A stretch of 40,447 nucleotides of DNA from Pseudobdellovibrionaceae bacterium (GCA_022843085.1 JALHOI010000001.1:1-40447); one strand, 5' to 3'; positions 1 to 10,050 are shown, counted from the stretch's first letter. A program made the numbers and translations. The notes: generated by a model from the sequence alone, not told the origin.

Positions 1-752
1 CGAACCCGACTTTGCTCTTCATCAAATATCGCCTGCGGGTCGAGCACACGTGCCGTAAGAAACCGATTGCTTCGAAGATCCTCAGAGATCTGCCGTACGA
101 TTCCTTGAAGATCATCTTCGCTAAGCGAACGACCTTTTAGGCCGCGCGAAATTCGTTCGATGCGCCTGACAATCTCGGGATTCGCACTTTCAACTTGGAT
201 GCGGTCGACAATCGTTGGCGGTCCCTCGTCGATAACGATCTTGAGGTTAACCTCGGTTTCATTCGGCGTTTCGAATTCGACTTCGGCGTTCATTCCGCGA
301 AAGCCTCTTTTTCGATATTCTGTTTGAAGTACCCGCACCGATTCGATCAATTCTTTTCGTTCAAAGACTTTTCCCTCTTCGATCTGTAGAATTTGGCGAA
401 CTTCGCGGGCAGAAAGACTTCTGTTGCCGCTGATGTTGATCGCTTGCACTTTTCTCAAAGTGGTTGCGACGAGAAGAAGTTCCGGCCCGTCTGCGACCTG
501 CCGGGACACGACTTCGACGTTCGAGTAAAGCCCGGTCTTCATCAAGTAACGGACGACCTCGTCAACTTCGGCTAGAGTTACTTCGCGTTCGAAAACGTAA
601 GGAAACTTGTTCTGCAGAGCACGGCCTTGAACAACCGAAACGCCTGTGAACTTAAGCCGATGCGGAGACGCAGCCGCCGAATTTGTCGAAAACACCGCTG
701 CGCAGCCGACCAATGCGAAATAGAGGAAAAGGCGAAGGGCACAGAGAGACAT
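1..752 (-). CDS. BamA/TamA-family outer-membrane protein, N-terminal part (signal peptide plus POTRA-like repeats); 3' end lies beyond the left edge of the window
   Basis: This ORF is not in the supplied track because it runs off the edge. I translated it by hand. The ATG is at 752-750, 3 nt after the tamB-like stop. The product begins MSLCALRLFLYFALVGCAAVFSTNSAAAS (signal peptide), followed by POTRA-like segments such as VTLAEVDEVVRYLMKTGLYSNVEV and ISGNRSLSAREVRQILQIEEGKVFERKELIESVRVLQTEYRKRGF. There is no stop codon down to base 1. Confidence 0.6.
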   Translation of the reverse strand, partial: MSLCALRLFLYFALVGCAAVFSTNSAAASPHRLKFTGVSVVQGRALQNKFPYVFEREVTLAEVDEVVRYLMKTGLYSNVEVVSRQVADGPELLLVATTLRKVQAINISGNRSLSAREVRQILQIEEGKVFERKELIESVRVLQTEYRKRGFRGMNAEVEFETPNETEVNLKIVIDEGPPTIVDRIQVESANPEIVRRIERISRGLKGRSLSEDDLQGIVRQISEDLRSNRFLTARVLDPQAIFDEEQSRV

Positions 753-755
753 GGT

Positions 756-3700
756 TTATTTGAACTCAAACTTGTATTCGAAGTCGAGTCCTAGCTGATC
801 TTGCCCGCGAACCTGTTGAAGCGTTGAATTTACAGTTTCGCCCTGGTCGACTCCAAGCCAGCTTCCAACACCTGACACGCGGTCTGTAAGCCGGTAACGC
901 AATTTAAATTCTGTGCCAGAACGCTTGCCGACGGCCTGGCTTCCCGAAGCTTCAAGTTTTCTCGTAAACTTCTTCTTGATGACGACCTTTTGATAGGCTT
1001 CGTTTGTGTCGTCAAAACCGGTTGAAAGTGAAAGTTCGACGACATCGCCAGCGACACTTTTCAAAGCTTCGTTAGCAACTCCTGATAGAACCTGGGCTCC
1101 GGCGCCACTACTTTGCGACGTACTGTTTACGTTTGTGGAAAGCTTTTGGTCGGTGGTTCCCAGTGCCAGCAGTGAAAGGATGTCGCGCTCTTGCATCGGG
1201 GGAATACTTGAGACCGAGATCTCGGGCTTTTTCGAGGTACCTTGTACTAACAGGTTCACATCATAGCTGTCGACGCGTGTCCGAGCGTTGACATTGATAC
1301 GCGGATTTATCTCAAGCGGGTCGTCAAACGTTAACAGAGCGCTTGAAACATCAAATAGATTTTCTCGAAAGTTAATTTTGGTGTCAGGAAGTGTTCGAAT
1401 TTGGCCAGTGATCGTAGGTTTCGATGGAATTCCGGTCACTTGCAATTTGCCGGCGGCGGCACCTTCAATCATCTTGTTTCGAAGTTGGATTGAATTTGTG
1501 AAATCGACGTTCAAATCAATCACCAATGGTTGAAAAGACTCTTCGACCAAAAACCGCGGCAAGAATTGATCTCGACGAAGATTGTCGGATGAATCGACAC
1601 CACCGTCACCAAGCTCTTTAGACATGACTCCGTCTTTAACAATGTAGTTGCCTTTCAGCAAAAACGGAAACCAGCCTCCACTGAATGTAAAGTCGCCCGA
1701 ACCTGACGTACTGACTTTGTCGGGAATGTTCAGCGTGATTTTATCGAAGGTGCCGGTGACGCTGACGGGAACTTGGTGCTTGCCCTTCATTTCCAGACCG
1801 CCGGCAGCTTGAAGCTTTCCTCCAGCAAAGTCGGACTTTAAAGTATTGATGACGACCTTGCGATGATTGAAAACGATGTCACTTTGCAAATTCTCAAATG
1901 CGTGTTGAAAAGCTGCAAATTTAAGATAGGCGCGATCGATGTAGGCGGATCCGATGATGTCGCTGCCTTCGGGGCCGTGTTTGTAAGAGATGGCGGTCGA
2001 CAAGAGCCCGCGCATCTCTTCAAAAAAAGGCGTAAAAATAGAAAGTAGATTCATATCGATCTTTGAATTGATCTGAATGTCGAGTTTTCGAGCGGGCGCG
2101 TCGGCTCCGGTTCGGTCTGCAATTTTGATGAAAGTTCCGTCACCCTTGAGTTCAAAATCTTTGATCGATATCGCGCCATCTTTGACTTCGGCCTTAAGCG
2201 AACCTTCGTTCGCAAGTTCAATCGCTCCGCGTTTCAGCGAGAGTTTGTCGATGACGGCCGAACCGCTTGTCATCCAAAAACCTCCGCGCGATGATTTGAG
2301 ATCAACCTTTGCGGTTAGGCGTCCTTCGAAATCGCGTCGCCCGTTGGGGCCCGCGACTGCGGCGAATACCGGGGCGTAGTTCCACTCTTTGGCCTCAAAC
2401 TGTAGAGACATTGGTGCCTCGTTCGAAAGCGGCCACACAAAGCTTCCTGTCAAAAGCTCGCCCAAGAAATTCCCTGATCCTTCGATAGTTTTCGAGGTGA
2501 AATTCATTTCGAATTGACTGTCGGGCACCGCTGTCTCAGCGATCGATGTCTTGGTGAGAGTACCCTTCATCTTCGCATCAGGAGCAAGCACGGGTCCATT
2601 GAGGGTCATGTCGAAACCGACGAGTCCTGCAACAGCAAACCCAGATTCTGAAATGAAGTTGGTTTCTTCGAGCCGAAGTCCGCGACCCCGAATTTCAGTT
2701 TCAATTTTTCCGTTTGGATGACCTACGCCAGTCAGCTGAATGATGGCCTCGCCACGAGTAAGTGAGACGCGTTCACTTTTGACTTCGCCTGCTTTTGACT
2801 TCACATCAAAATGCATCTGTTCGAAGTTTTCTTCAGCGATGACTCCCTTAAAAAGCGATGACTTTAAATCGTAGGTCATTCGCGAAATATCAAGTGGTCC
2901 CGAAGCTTTTATCGACGCTTGGCCCGTGCCCGTGATCGCCACCGGCAATTTGAATTTCTTCGAAAAAACCTTCAGCAGATCCCGAGCATCAAAAAAGGGC
3001 ACTTTTAAATTGGTTTCGATCGTCGAGTTTTGCCCCTCGCGCCCAAAGTTGATAGCGACATCTCCGCTGTAGCGAGACGTTGTGTAGTAGCCTTGAAGGC
3101 CCGTGAAAGAAAGCTTTCCGGCCTTATACTGAATCGTACTTTTTGGTTGGCCGAGCCAGAAGTCTTCAAGCCAAAGATCTTGGCCCTCGGCCTCCATCGC
3201 GAGCGATGCCGATTGGCTAGTACCGGTGGTCGACCCCTTCAGTTTAAGATTGCCAAGAAGTTTTAGATCACCCAGCGACGCCAAATCCTTGATCGCAAGC
3301 TTGTCGGCCTCATACTTGATATCAAAACCTGACTTGTAGCGTACCTCGCCCGAGCTTTTTCCGATTGAGTTCGGCATGGTGATCTCAGCGTTGTATGAGA
3401 ACTTCTCGAGATCGAATTTGAATTCGCCTGTTGAAGAGAAGTCGGGTAATGCGACTATCGAGCCCGCGGCAACGCGCCCATTCTTTAACTCATTCTGAAC
3501 AACAACGTTTCGGCCTGAGAAAACACCCTGACAGCGAAGCATGAACTTTGGAGCCAGTTGGGATTCACATGGAAGGTCAGCCTGTGCCGTCAGCCAAACG
3601 GGAATTGGACCAACGCCCATGTCTGTCAGAAATTCGTGGACCTCAATTGAGCCTTTGATTTTCCCAATTTGCATGAGCAGAGGAGTGCGACCTTCGGGTG

Positions 3701-4787
3701 TCTTTTCACTCGCTTCAAATATCTTAACGTCTCGGAATTCGATTTGTCCTGCGCGCGACTCGCTCGTCGTTAGCGGAAGTGAGAACTGCTTTCCGTCCCA
3801 CGTGCCCTCGGTGCGCACTTTGTCGACCAAAATACCCTCGACCCGATAGTTGTTTGTCGAAAGCTTAAGGGCCGCCGTCCAACCGGTCTGCGAATTGACT
3901 TTATTGAGATCGATTTGCGCCTGCATTCGACCGCTCATGGGTGGTGTGGGCTCGGCCGCTTCGAACGACTTTTGCAGCCAGTCGCGCGTCGATTTGACAT
4001 CGAGATCGAGGTTTACAGCAAGTTTTCCTGTCGCGAACTCAAGCGCTTCGGTGTCTCCCGTGAGTTGGCCAGTCACTGCAAAAAGCGAGATGCCGCGACG
4101 CAAGTCGAGCTTTGCAAATCGAACGGTGGTCGGTGTTAGCGAGAGTTCAATTTCGGGCTGAAGGCGTAGAGCCCGCTGCGAGTTCGAATCTTTAATAATA
4201 ATCGCATCTGCGTTGAGATTTCCATCGAGGAGGGCCCGCGAGCGTTCGACTGTAAGATTGAGATTCTCGGCTTCGATCGTGAGATTTTCTTGTGGCACCC
4301 GAACGACCATCGAGATGTCGCTTAAGATTATGGATCCGATTGGAGCCCGGTCGAGTTCTCTAAAGAGGCCTTCAAGTGGCTTTTTCGAATTTGCGGTGGA
4401 CGGTGGAACCGTGGCTCGAATAAATGTGCCGCGAATGGCGACTTCGTCGAGAGAAACCTCGCCGCGAATGATTTGAAACAAAGAAAAATCTGCGCTGACC
4501 TCTTGAATCATTAAGGGCGCGAGAGTCTTTTCAAAATCTTTGGTCGGCAAGACACGAACTTCGCGAAGCGTAATACCCAGCGGAAACAAGCGAAAATCGA
4601 CAGACGACGGAAGAATCCGAACGGGCAAGTTGTCGCGCGAGAATTGATCGATCGTGACAAGTAGCCACGACCTTGCTTTCGGCAAGGTTTGCGACAACAC
4701 GGTACCGAGCGCAAAGGCGGAGCCCGCCACCATGAGCGTGAAGACAACAAACCGACGAGAAAGCAGTCGCAAGAATTTTCTCTTCAT
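756..4787 (-). CDS. tamB: TamB-like translocation and assembly module protein (giant beta-rich envelope protein, DUF490-type C-terminus)
   Basis: The ORF is 1381 aa. The likely start is the internal Met at 4787 (MKRKFLRLLSRRFVVFTLMVAGSAFALG, a single N-terminal membrane anchor), which forms an ATGA overlap with the upstream stop. The body is long and rich in G/S/T/L/K beta-strand sequence. The C-terminal end is typical of TamB (RLRYRLTDRVSGVGSWLG...LGLDFEYKFEFK). A BamA/TamA-like gene follows directly. Confidence 0.75.
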   Translation of the reverse strand: MKRKFLRLLSRRFVVFTLMVAGSAFALGTVLSQTLPKARSWLLVTIDQFSRDNLPVRILPSSVDFRLFPLGITLREVRVLPTKDFEKTLAPLMIQEVSADFSLFQIIRGEVSLDEVAIRGTFIRATVPPSTANSKKPLEGLFRELDRAPIGSIILSDISMVVRVPQENLTIEAENLNLTVERSRALLDGNLNADAIIIKDSNSQRALRLQPEIELSLTPTTVRFAKLDLRRGISLFAVTGQLTGDTEALEFATGKLAVNLDLDVKSTRDWLQKSFEAAEPTPPMSGRMQAQIDLNKVNSQTGWTAALKLSTNNYRVEGILVDKVRTEGTWDGKQFSLPLTTSESRAGQIEFRDVKIFEASEKTPEGRTPLLMQIGKIKGSIEVHEFLTDMGVGPIPVWLTAQADLPCESQLAPKFMLRCQGVFSGRNVVVQNELKNGRVAAGSIVALPDFSSTGEFKFDLEKFSYNAEITMPNSIGKSSGEVRYKSGFDIKYEADKLAIKDLASLGDLKLLGNLKLKGSTTGTSQSASLAMEAEGQDLWLEDFWLGQPKSTIQYKAGKLSFTGLQGYYTTSRYSGDVAINFGREGQNSTIETNLKVPFFDARDLLKVFSKKFKLPVAITGTGQASIKASGPLDISRMTYDLKSSLFKGVIAEENFEQMHFDVKSKAGEVKSERVSLTRGEAIIQLTGVGHPNGKIETEIRGRGLRLEETNFISESGFAVAGLVGFDMTLNGPVLAPDAKMKGTLTKTSIAETAVPDSQFEMNFTSKTIEGSGNFLGELLTGSFVWPLSNEAPMSLQFEAKEWNYAPVFAAVAGPNGRRDFEGRLTAKVDLKSSRGGFWMTSGSAVIDKLSLKRGAIELANEGSLKAEVKDGAISIKDFELKGDGTFIKIADRTGADAPARKLDIQINSKIDMNLLSIFTPFFEEMRGLLSTAISYKHGPEGSDIIGSAYIDRAYLKFAAFQHAFENLQSDIVFNHRKVVINTLKSDFAGGKLQAAGGLEMKGKHQVPVSVTGTFDKITLNIPDKVSTSGSGDFTFSGGWFPFLLKGNYIVKDGVMSKELGDGGVDSSDNLRRDQFLPRFLVEESFQPLVIDLNVDFTNSIQLRNKMIEGAAAGKLQVTGIPSKPTITGQIRTLPDTKINFRENLFDVSSALLTFDDPLEINPRINVNARTRVDSYDVNLLVQGTSKKPEISVSSIPPMQERDILSLLALGTTDQKLSTNVNSTSQSSGAGAQVLSGVANEALKSVAGDVVELSLSTGFDDTNEAYQKVVIKKKFTRKLEASGSQAVGKRSGTEFKLRYRLTDRVSGVGSWLGVDQGETVNSTLQQVRGQDQLGLDFEYKFEFK

Positions 4788-5857
4788 GGTGCCTCTTCCG
4801 ACCACTGCTGCAAGAGTGTCGTGGCTGAACGGTAGGTCGGTCGGACACGCGCGAGACTTTTCATGAGCTCGATTGCGGTGATGGTGTCTCCGAGGCCCCA
4901 CAGTGCACGAGCTCGCGCATAGGTGAGTACAAATGGCGCTTCCGAGTCTCCGGCATATTTCACTTCGAGACTTTCAACTTCGCCAAGAGCCGCGGCATAC
5001 TGTCGTCCCTGAATGAGCGTTTCAAGAAGCAGCCAGTCGATTCGCGGTGAGAGACGGCGTTTCTCAAGAAGTTTAACGCCCTCATCGTGGAGGTCCATAA
5101 AGATCAGCATCAATGCCAAATCGTAAAGTTGAGGCTCGGTCGCGGATTCAGCTCGATGACGTATTTCGCGAACAATCGGTTTCGCAGCGGCGCGAAGGTC
5201 TGAAGACAGACGGCCAAACTTTCGCTCCATTTCAGCTTTCGGAGGCGAGTGGGCAAGAGCGTTTTCTACAATTTCCTGAGCCTCACGAAATTCGAACATA
5301 TCTTTTTGACGCGAGAGTTCGCTATCGCTTGGGTCGAAAGCTTGAATTTCATCGAGCAGGCGCTTTTCTTGACTCAGCAAACGATTGACCCGGGCATACT
5401 CAAGCTGCCGTTGAAGATCAGCCCGTTTTTCTGCGTGAATTCGCCGAACGTGATTAATTTTCTGAACCCTGTACTCAGCCGGTCGAGAGTCAAAAGAATC
5501 GAGCCCGCCGCTTTCGACGAGGTCGAACATCATATCGGCTTCAAAAGTCTGGGTTTGGTGGGCGACACCCTCGAAAATCGCATCAACTTCAATTGGTTCA
5601 AGCTGAACGTTCATTCGCGCGAGTACTTCGATAAACGCGGACCACGGCACTTCCATATCGCGCTTGAGGCACCGCCGCACCTGCCTTAAAACAACGGGGT
5701 AAAGACCGCAGTGGATCATAAAGCGAGTCAGACTTCGAATGTCATCCGCCGAAAGAACGTTGGCATCCCAGCGCTTCAACAATTGCTCAGAGACGAGAGC
5801 TGCATCGCCGCTCTCTGCGTAGAGTTGTCTGATTTCAGCTTCAATGGTTGTCGACAC
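4784..5857 (-). CDS. Hypothetical cytoplasmic helical (TPR-like C-terminus) protein, translationally coupled to tamB-like gene
   Basis: The ORF is 357 aa with no signal peptide and helical, charged sequence. Its stop overlaps the tamB-like ATG (ATGA at 4784-4787). I recognised no family. Confidence 0.55.
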   Translation of the reverse strand: MSTTIEAEIRQLYAESGDAALVSEQLLKRWDANVLSADDIRSLTRFMIHCGLYPVVLRQVRRCLKRDMEVPWSAFIEVLARMNVQLEPIEVDAIFEGVAHQTQTFEADMMFDLVESGGLDSFDSRPAEYRVQKINHVRRIHAEKRADLQRQLEYARVNRLLSQEKRLLDEIQAFDPSDSELSRQKDMFEFREAQEIVENALAHSPPKAEMERKFGRLSSDLRAAAKPIVREIRHRAESATEPQLYDLALMLIFMDLHDEGVKLLEKRRLSPRIDWLLLETLIQGRQYAAALGEVESLEVKYAGDSEAPFVLTYARARALWGLGDTITAIELMKSLARVRPTYRSATTLLQQWSEEAP

Positions 5858-5938
5858 TGGCTTTATTTTCCGCGATTTCGCACGATTTATCAGCGTTTTT
5901 TCGGTCGATTTTGGCCAGGGGCCTCAGAGCGCCGGGTC

Positions 5939-5964
5939 AAAAAAAAGCGACCTGGAAGGTCGCT
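5939..5964 (-). terminator. Rho-independent terminator downstream of efp
   Basis: On the minus strand the sequence reads AGCGACC-TTCCA-GGTCGCT followed by a T8 run. It lies about 45 nt after the efp stop. Confidence 0.8.
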
Positions 5965-6008
5965 GAAACGCATCGACGAAAGTCGCGTACACATCACACT
6001 GCTGTGCG

Positions 6009-6572
6009 CTACTTGTTAACGCGTTCGACGTATTCGCCCGTACGAGTGTCGACTTTCAACACGTCACCCTCGGTGATGTGCATCGGGACATGAACAACAT
6101 ACCCAGTCTCGAGAGTTGCGGGCTTCTGGGCGCCGGTGACTGTATTCCCCTTGAACGAAGGGTCAGTTTTCACAACTTTTAACGCAACGGAATTCGGCAC
6201 GTCGACGCCGATCGTTTTTCCGTTGAAAAACATGATGACGCATTCAAGATTTTCGATGAGGAAATTTTTCGATTCGCCGACGTCGGTCTCGTTCAGCGAC
6301 ACCTGCTCAAAATTAGTCTGATTCATGAAGTTGTAACCCGAATCATCCTTGTACAAAAACTGCATCTCTTGAGTGTTGATGTCGGGAACTTCAAACTTTT
6401 CGCCCTGTTTAAATGTCCACTCGCGGTTTTGGCCTGTTAGAAGGCTGCGTGCTTTGCACCTTGTGAACTGGTTTCCTTTGCCGGGCTTTACGTGTTGAAA
6501 ATCAACGCAGGTGAAAGGTTCACCTTCGACGAGAAATTTGAGGCCTTTTTTAAAGTCCTGAAGCTGATACAT
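6009..6572 (-). CDS. efp: Elongation factor P
   Basis: The product starts MYQLQDFKKGLKFLVEGEPFTCVDFQHVKPGKGNQFTRCKARSL and contains the conserved KPGKG loop. The Met at 6572 is preceded by a GGAGGA Shine-Dalgarno sequence. The 12 residues upstream of it in the track ORF are probably not translated. Confidence 0.95.
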   Translation of the reverse strand: MYQLQDFKKGLKFLVEGEPFTCVDFQHVKPGKGNQFTRCKARSLLTGQNREWTFKQGEKFEVPDINTQEMQFLYKDDSGYNFMNQTNFEQVSLNETDVGESKNFLIENLECVIMFFNGKTIGVDVPNSVALKVVKTDPSFKGNTVTGAQKPATLETGYVVHVPMHITEGDVLKVDTRTGEYVERVNK

Positions 6573-6641
6573 CGTAGATCCTCCTGCGGGCGACGCCCAC
6601 CTGCGCAAAGAAATCAGGTTTCGCCGATTTGGTGCATTCGG

Positions 6642-7556
6642 TCAACGTGGACGAAGCCGTTTCAAAATTCCTTCGAGTTTCTTTTTTCTCTGATCGTTTC
6701 TTTGGTCGGTAATCTGGTCGGTTTTCTGGTCGGTATTCTGGTCGGTATTCTGGTCGTTCTTAGCAATCCTAACCTCGGCCGACCTGGCAGTCTCTTTTGC
6801 GTGGCGTTGCACTTCGTCGGCAGCTAGCCCCAGTCGTTTTCCCAGAAGGTGCAGACGCTGCTCAAGATCTGGGCGAGATCCAAGAGTTCGAAGTGAGCGA
6901 CCGAGAATCGCGAATGCACCCTCGAGGTCATTGCGAACCGTTAGTGCGTCCGCGATCGAAATCGCGCGGTAAGCCTCCCGATCAGATCGCGTCGGATCAA
7001 GTTTCAATTGTTTTTGGGCCTCCGGGTCAATCGCGGGCAGAGCCTCGTCGTCTTTCGGACTCCAATCGAAACTTTCGTTTTCGAACTCGTCGGCCGACAG
7101 AAATTCCCACTTGCGCACCATCTTTTTTGCACGGTCGTGCAACGGATTTAGAAAGAGGACCGTTTTAAAAGCCTTTAACGCCTCTTTAGGGCGCCGCAGT
7201 TCGAGATAGGTTTCTCCAAGAAGTTGAAAGGCAAGAATGTTGTCGGGCGAGAGTTCCGCTGCCAACGTCAGCTGCTGAAGCGCATCGGGATAAGCTTTTT
7301 TCTCGATCAGAATTCGCGCAAATGCGATGCGGCCGGCCGCAAAGTCCGGATGAAGTCGCACACCGCGACTCGCAATTTCAAGCGCCTCACCGATGAGGCC
7401 CATTCGACGGTAGGCCTCGCAGAGTGGAGCAAAAACGCGTGATCCCGGGTTTCTGTCGTACTCAATTTGGCAGCGTTCGATAAATTCGGCATTGGGAACG
7501 GCCGACCGCGCGGGTGCTTTCGTTGAAGTAAGGTCGTCGGGTGATTCGCCAGCCAT
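6642..7556 (-). CDS. TPR-repeat protein with low-complexity TDQN-repeat C-terminal tail
   Basis: The ORF is 304 aa. TPR-like helices are visible (AYRRMGLIGEALEIASRGVRLHPDFAAGRIAFARILIEKKAYPDALQQL...). The C-terminus reads KNDQNTDQNTDQKTDQITDQRNDQRKKK. Confidence 0.75.
   Translation of the reverse strand: MAGESPDDLTSTKAPARSAVPNAEFIERCQIEYDRNPGSRVFAPLCEAYRRMGLIGEALEIASRGVRLHPDFAAGRIAFARILIEKKAYPDALQQLTLAAELSPDNILAFQLLGETYLELRRPKEALKAFKTVLFLNPLHDRAKKMVRKWEFLSADEFENESFDWSPKDDEALPAIDPEAQKQLKLDPTRSDREAYRAISIADALTVRNDLEGAFAILGRSLRTLGSRPDLEQRLHLLGKRLGLAADEVQRHAKETARSAEVRIAKNDQNTDQNTDQKTDQITDQRNDQRKKKLEGILKRLRPR
6689..6760. repeat. In-frame 12-bp tandem repeat (six units, consensus tctggtcggtat) inside the 3' end of the TPR gene
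   Basis: I read the units directly: tctgatcgtttc, tttggtcggtaa, tctggtcggttt, tctggtcggtat, tctggtcggtat, tctggtcgttct. Confidence 0.9.
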
Positions 7557-7630
7557 GAGTTCATTGTTGCACTGCGGCTGTGCGGCTTCAAGCCTTGCTC
7601 GCGGTCTTAGGTCATTGCTTTGATCATCTC

Positions 7631-8212
7631 GTGGAAACGATCACGATTTTTGGCATCGATCCGGGTACACGGATTCTGGGTTTCGGCTGGATCGAGGTCA
7701 ATGCGTTGAACCTCGAGCAGGTGGTGTCGCGCGGCTGCGGCGTGATCGAGCCTCGAGCGAGAACCTCTCGCGAGAAGGCTTTGCCGGCCAGGCTTTCGCT
7801 GATCCTTCGCGACCTCGAAACGGTTTTTGCAGAGCGTCGACCTTCTGTTGTGGTCGTTGAAAAAGTTTTTTTGGGGAAAAACGTCGACAGTGCTTTCGTC
7901 CTGGGACAATCGCGGGGAATTGTTCTGGCCCTCGCTGATCAAGCAGGTGCAGAAATATTTGAGGTTGCAGCCAAAACAGCAAAGAAGAGCGTGACCGGAA
8001 GCGGCGCCTCCGAGAAAAACGAAGTTCGACTCGTGCTCGGAAGAATTCTGCAGATGAGTGCCGAACTTGAAAGCTTGCCGATCGATGCCAGCGACGGCCT
8101 CGCTTTGGCTTATCAGGGATGGCGAGCGAAAGTCGAATTTCAGCAAATGAAGCTTCAAGAAGGTTTGCAGCAACTAAAGAAGGCGAAACCGCCGTCAGGA
8201 GTCGAACTATGA
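7631..8212 (+). CDS. ruvC: Holliday junction resolvase RuvC
   Basis: RuvC catalytic signatures are present: IFGIDPGTRILGFG, VVVEKVF and PIDASDGLALAY. The start is uncertain. The GTG at 7631 gives a canonical N-terminus, whereas the track ORF begins at the GTG at 7580. The stop overlaps the ruvA ATG. Confidence 0.85.
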   Translation: METITIFGIDPGTRILGFGWIEVNALNLEQVVSRGCGVIEPRARTSREKALPARLSLILRDLETVFAERRPSVVVVEKVFLGKNVDSAFVLGQSRGIVLALADQAGAEIFEVAAKTAKKSVTGSGASEKNEVRLVLGRILQMSAELESLPIDASDGLALAYQGWRAKVEFQQMKLQEGLQQLKKAKPPSGVEL

Positions 8213-8865
8213 TCGGTCGGTTAAAGGGGATCGTCGAGTCTCGAGGAGGTGAGCTTTGCCTCATCGACGTGGGCGGAGTTTGTTACGAGCTCACGTGTTC
8301 GCTGCAAACCATCGATACGCTAGCCGTTGGCGAACGCACAAGACTTGAGGTCTTCACACACGTTCGCGAAGACCAGTTGGCACTTTTCGGTTTCGCCACT
8401 GTGCTTGAAAAGGAGCTATTCATGGCGCTGCTATCGGTCAATGGCGTCGGGCCGAAAATGGCCATCAAAATTTTGTCGGCGGCCCCCGTAAGTCACATTG
8501 CACGAGCCGTTGAAGCTGGTGATGTGAAAGCACTTTCGATGCTTCCAAAGGTTGGAAAGAAAACGGCCGAGCAATTGATTGTTTCGTTAAAAGGTAAGCT
8601 GACCCCGTTTCTCGATTCGTTTGCGGCTGCTGACGATGCGAACGTGTCGTTGCGAACGGGGGCCGTCGCGGCACCGCTTGTATTGAGCGCTCGCGAGACT
8701 ATGCTTCAAGAAATCAATTCGGCTTTGCAAAACCTCGGTTTCAGGCCGCAAGAAGTTGAGCGTGTTATCGGGCAACTGAATCAAGCCCAGGGCCCACAGC
8801 TAAATGAACTCACTCTCGAGTCTGGTGTTCGATTCGCACTGCAAACTTTGGGAGGAATGCGCTGA
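8209..8865 (+). CDS. ruvA: Holliday junction branch migration complex subunit RuvA
   Basis: The internal Met at 8209 gives [14 protein letters not shown]...[15 protein letters not shown]...[17 protein letters not shown]...[13 protein letters not shown] (helix-hairpin-helix motifs). It forms an ATGA overlap with the ruvC stop. Confidence 0.93.
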   Translation: MIGRLKGIVESRGGELCLIDVGGVCYELTCSLQTIDTLAVGERTRLEVFTHVREDQLALFGFATVLEKELFMALLSVNGVGPKMAIKILSAAPVSHIARAVEAGDVKALSMLPKVGKKTAEQLIVSLKGKLTPFLDSFAAADDANVSLRTGAVAAPLVLSARETMLQEINSALQNLGFRPQEVERVIGQLNQAQGPQLNELTLESGVRFALQTLGGMR

Positions 8866-9923
8866 TGGACAACGAACTTCCAGACCTCGGTGAACCAAAG
8901 AAATCTTCGACCAAAATGGCGACGGCAGCCTCGCCACTCGTGCGAAACCCCGTACTGGCACCGACGCCGACTTCGTCGGACACGTGGGAAAACACGTTGC
9001 GACCTCAGCGTTTTGACGAATTTCCCGGCCAACATAAAGCCAAAGAAAAAATCGCGGTTTTTGTTGAGGCGGCTAAGAAGCGCGGCGAGCCGCTTGACCA
9101 CATTCTGCTTAGCGGTCCGCCGGGGCTAGGCAAAACGACGCTTGCGCACATCATTGCCGAAACGATGGGTGCTGAATGCAAGACAACGTCGGGCCCCGCG
9201 CTTGATCGGAAGGGTGAGATTGCGGCAATCTTGACGGGCCTTCGGCCAGGTTCGGTCTTGTTCATCGACGAAATTCATCGTTTGAATCGCACGATCGAAG
9301 AGTATCTCTATAGCGCGATGGAAGATTATTACATCGATATCGTGACCGGCGAGGGCCTGGCGGCGCGCTCGATGAAGTTTCAGTTGGCGCCCTTCACGCT
9401 GATTGGCGCGACGACTCGTGCTGGACTTGTGAATGCGCCGCTGCGCGACCGTTTTGGGATTGTCGAACGTCTTCAATTTTATTCGAAGCAAGATTTGGTT
9501 GAAATTCTCACTCGTTCTGCGCGAATTCTGTCGATCGAGATAACAAGTGACGGCGCCATGGAAGTCGCGCGCAGGTCGCGCGGCACGCCGCGAATCGCTA
9601 ACCGCCTTTTAAAGCGTGTACGCGATTTTGCTGAGGTGCGAGGACGTGGAGTCATCGATCTCGAAGCGGCTCATGCCGCGCTCAATATGCTCGAAGTCGA
9701 CGAACTTGGCCTCGACGATATGGATCGTCGAATTTTAAATCTCATTAACGACAAATTTGCGGGTGGCCCGGTCGGCATTGAAACTCTCTCGGCAGCGCTT
9801 TCGGAAGAGAAAGATACACTCGAAGAAGTTTACGAGCCGTATCTCATCCAAGAGGGCCTCGTGGTTAAAACTCCGCGCGGCCGAATGATCACCGATGCGG
9901 CCCGCCTGCATCTCAAGGTTTAG
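8865..9923 (+). CDS. ruvB: Holliday junction branch migration DNA helicase RuvB
   Basis: The sequence shows Walker A ([11 protein letters not shown]), Walker B ([10 protein letters not shown]) and a typical RuvB C-terminus ([17 protein letters not shown]). The ATG overlaps the ruvA TGA by 1 nt (TGATG). Confidence 0.95.
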   Translation: MDNELPDLGEPKKSSTKMATAASPLVRNPVLAPTPTSSDTWENTLRPQRFDEFPGQHKAKEKIAVFVEAAKKRGEPLDHILLSGPPGLGKTTLAHIIAETMGAECKTTSGPALDRKGEIAAILTGLRPGSVLFIDEIHRLNRTIEEYLYSAMEDYYIDIVTGEGLAARSMKFQLAPFTLIGATTRAGLVNAPLRDRFGIVERLQFYSKQDLVEILTRSARILSIEITSDGAMEVARRSRGTPRIANRLLKRVRDFAEVRGRGVIDLEAAHAALNMLEVDELGLDDMDRRILNLINDKFAGGPVGIETLSAALSEEKDTLEEVYEPYLIQEGLVVKTPRGRMITDAARLHLKV

Positions 9924-10050
9924 TCCGTTCGCTCCGAAAGTGGAACACAACGATCCAAATGTGTCGGCTGGCGCATTGCTTGATGTGTCGGGTGATGGTT
10001 GAACGTGACTCTCGTAAGAGCATCACGCTTCAAAAACCAAGGGGCCTCAC

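Noticed and set aside
830-4866. About fifteen 60-105-aa ORFs on both strands inside the tamB-like gene (for example 2077-2379+, 3541-3849+, 3850-4161+, 4531-4848-)
   Set aside because: All lie within or antisense to one continuous 1343-aa ORF with coherent protein-like sequence. Their products are S/R/P-rich shadow-frame sequences with no recognisable motifs.
7580-7630. N-terminal extensions given by the longest-ORF calls (ruvC 7580, ruvA 8119, efp 6608, tamB 4901, pckG 37215, ppiD-like 35288, lipoprotein 15570, operon genes 27784, 29241 and 30227, mid-size ORFs 12060 and 40056)
   Set aside because: Internal start codons give canonical family N-termini or signal peptides, have Shine-Dalgarno sequences, and remove long overlaps with upstream or divergent genes.
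7607-8264. Two 188-aa minus-strand ORFs opposite ruvC
   Set aside because: They are antisense to a gene with clear RuvC catalytic motifs, and their sequences show no recognisable domains.
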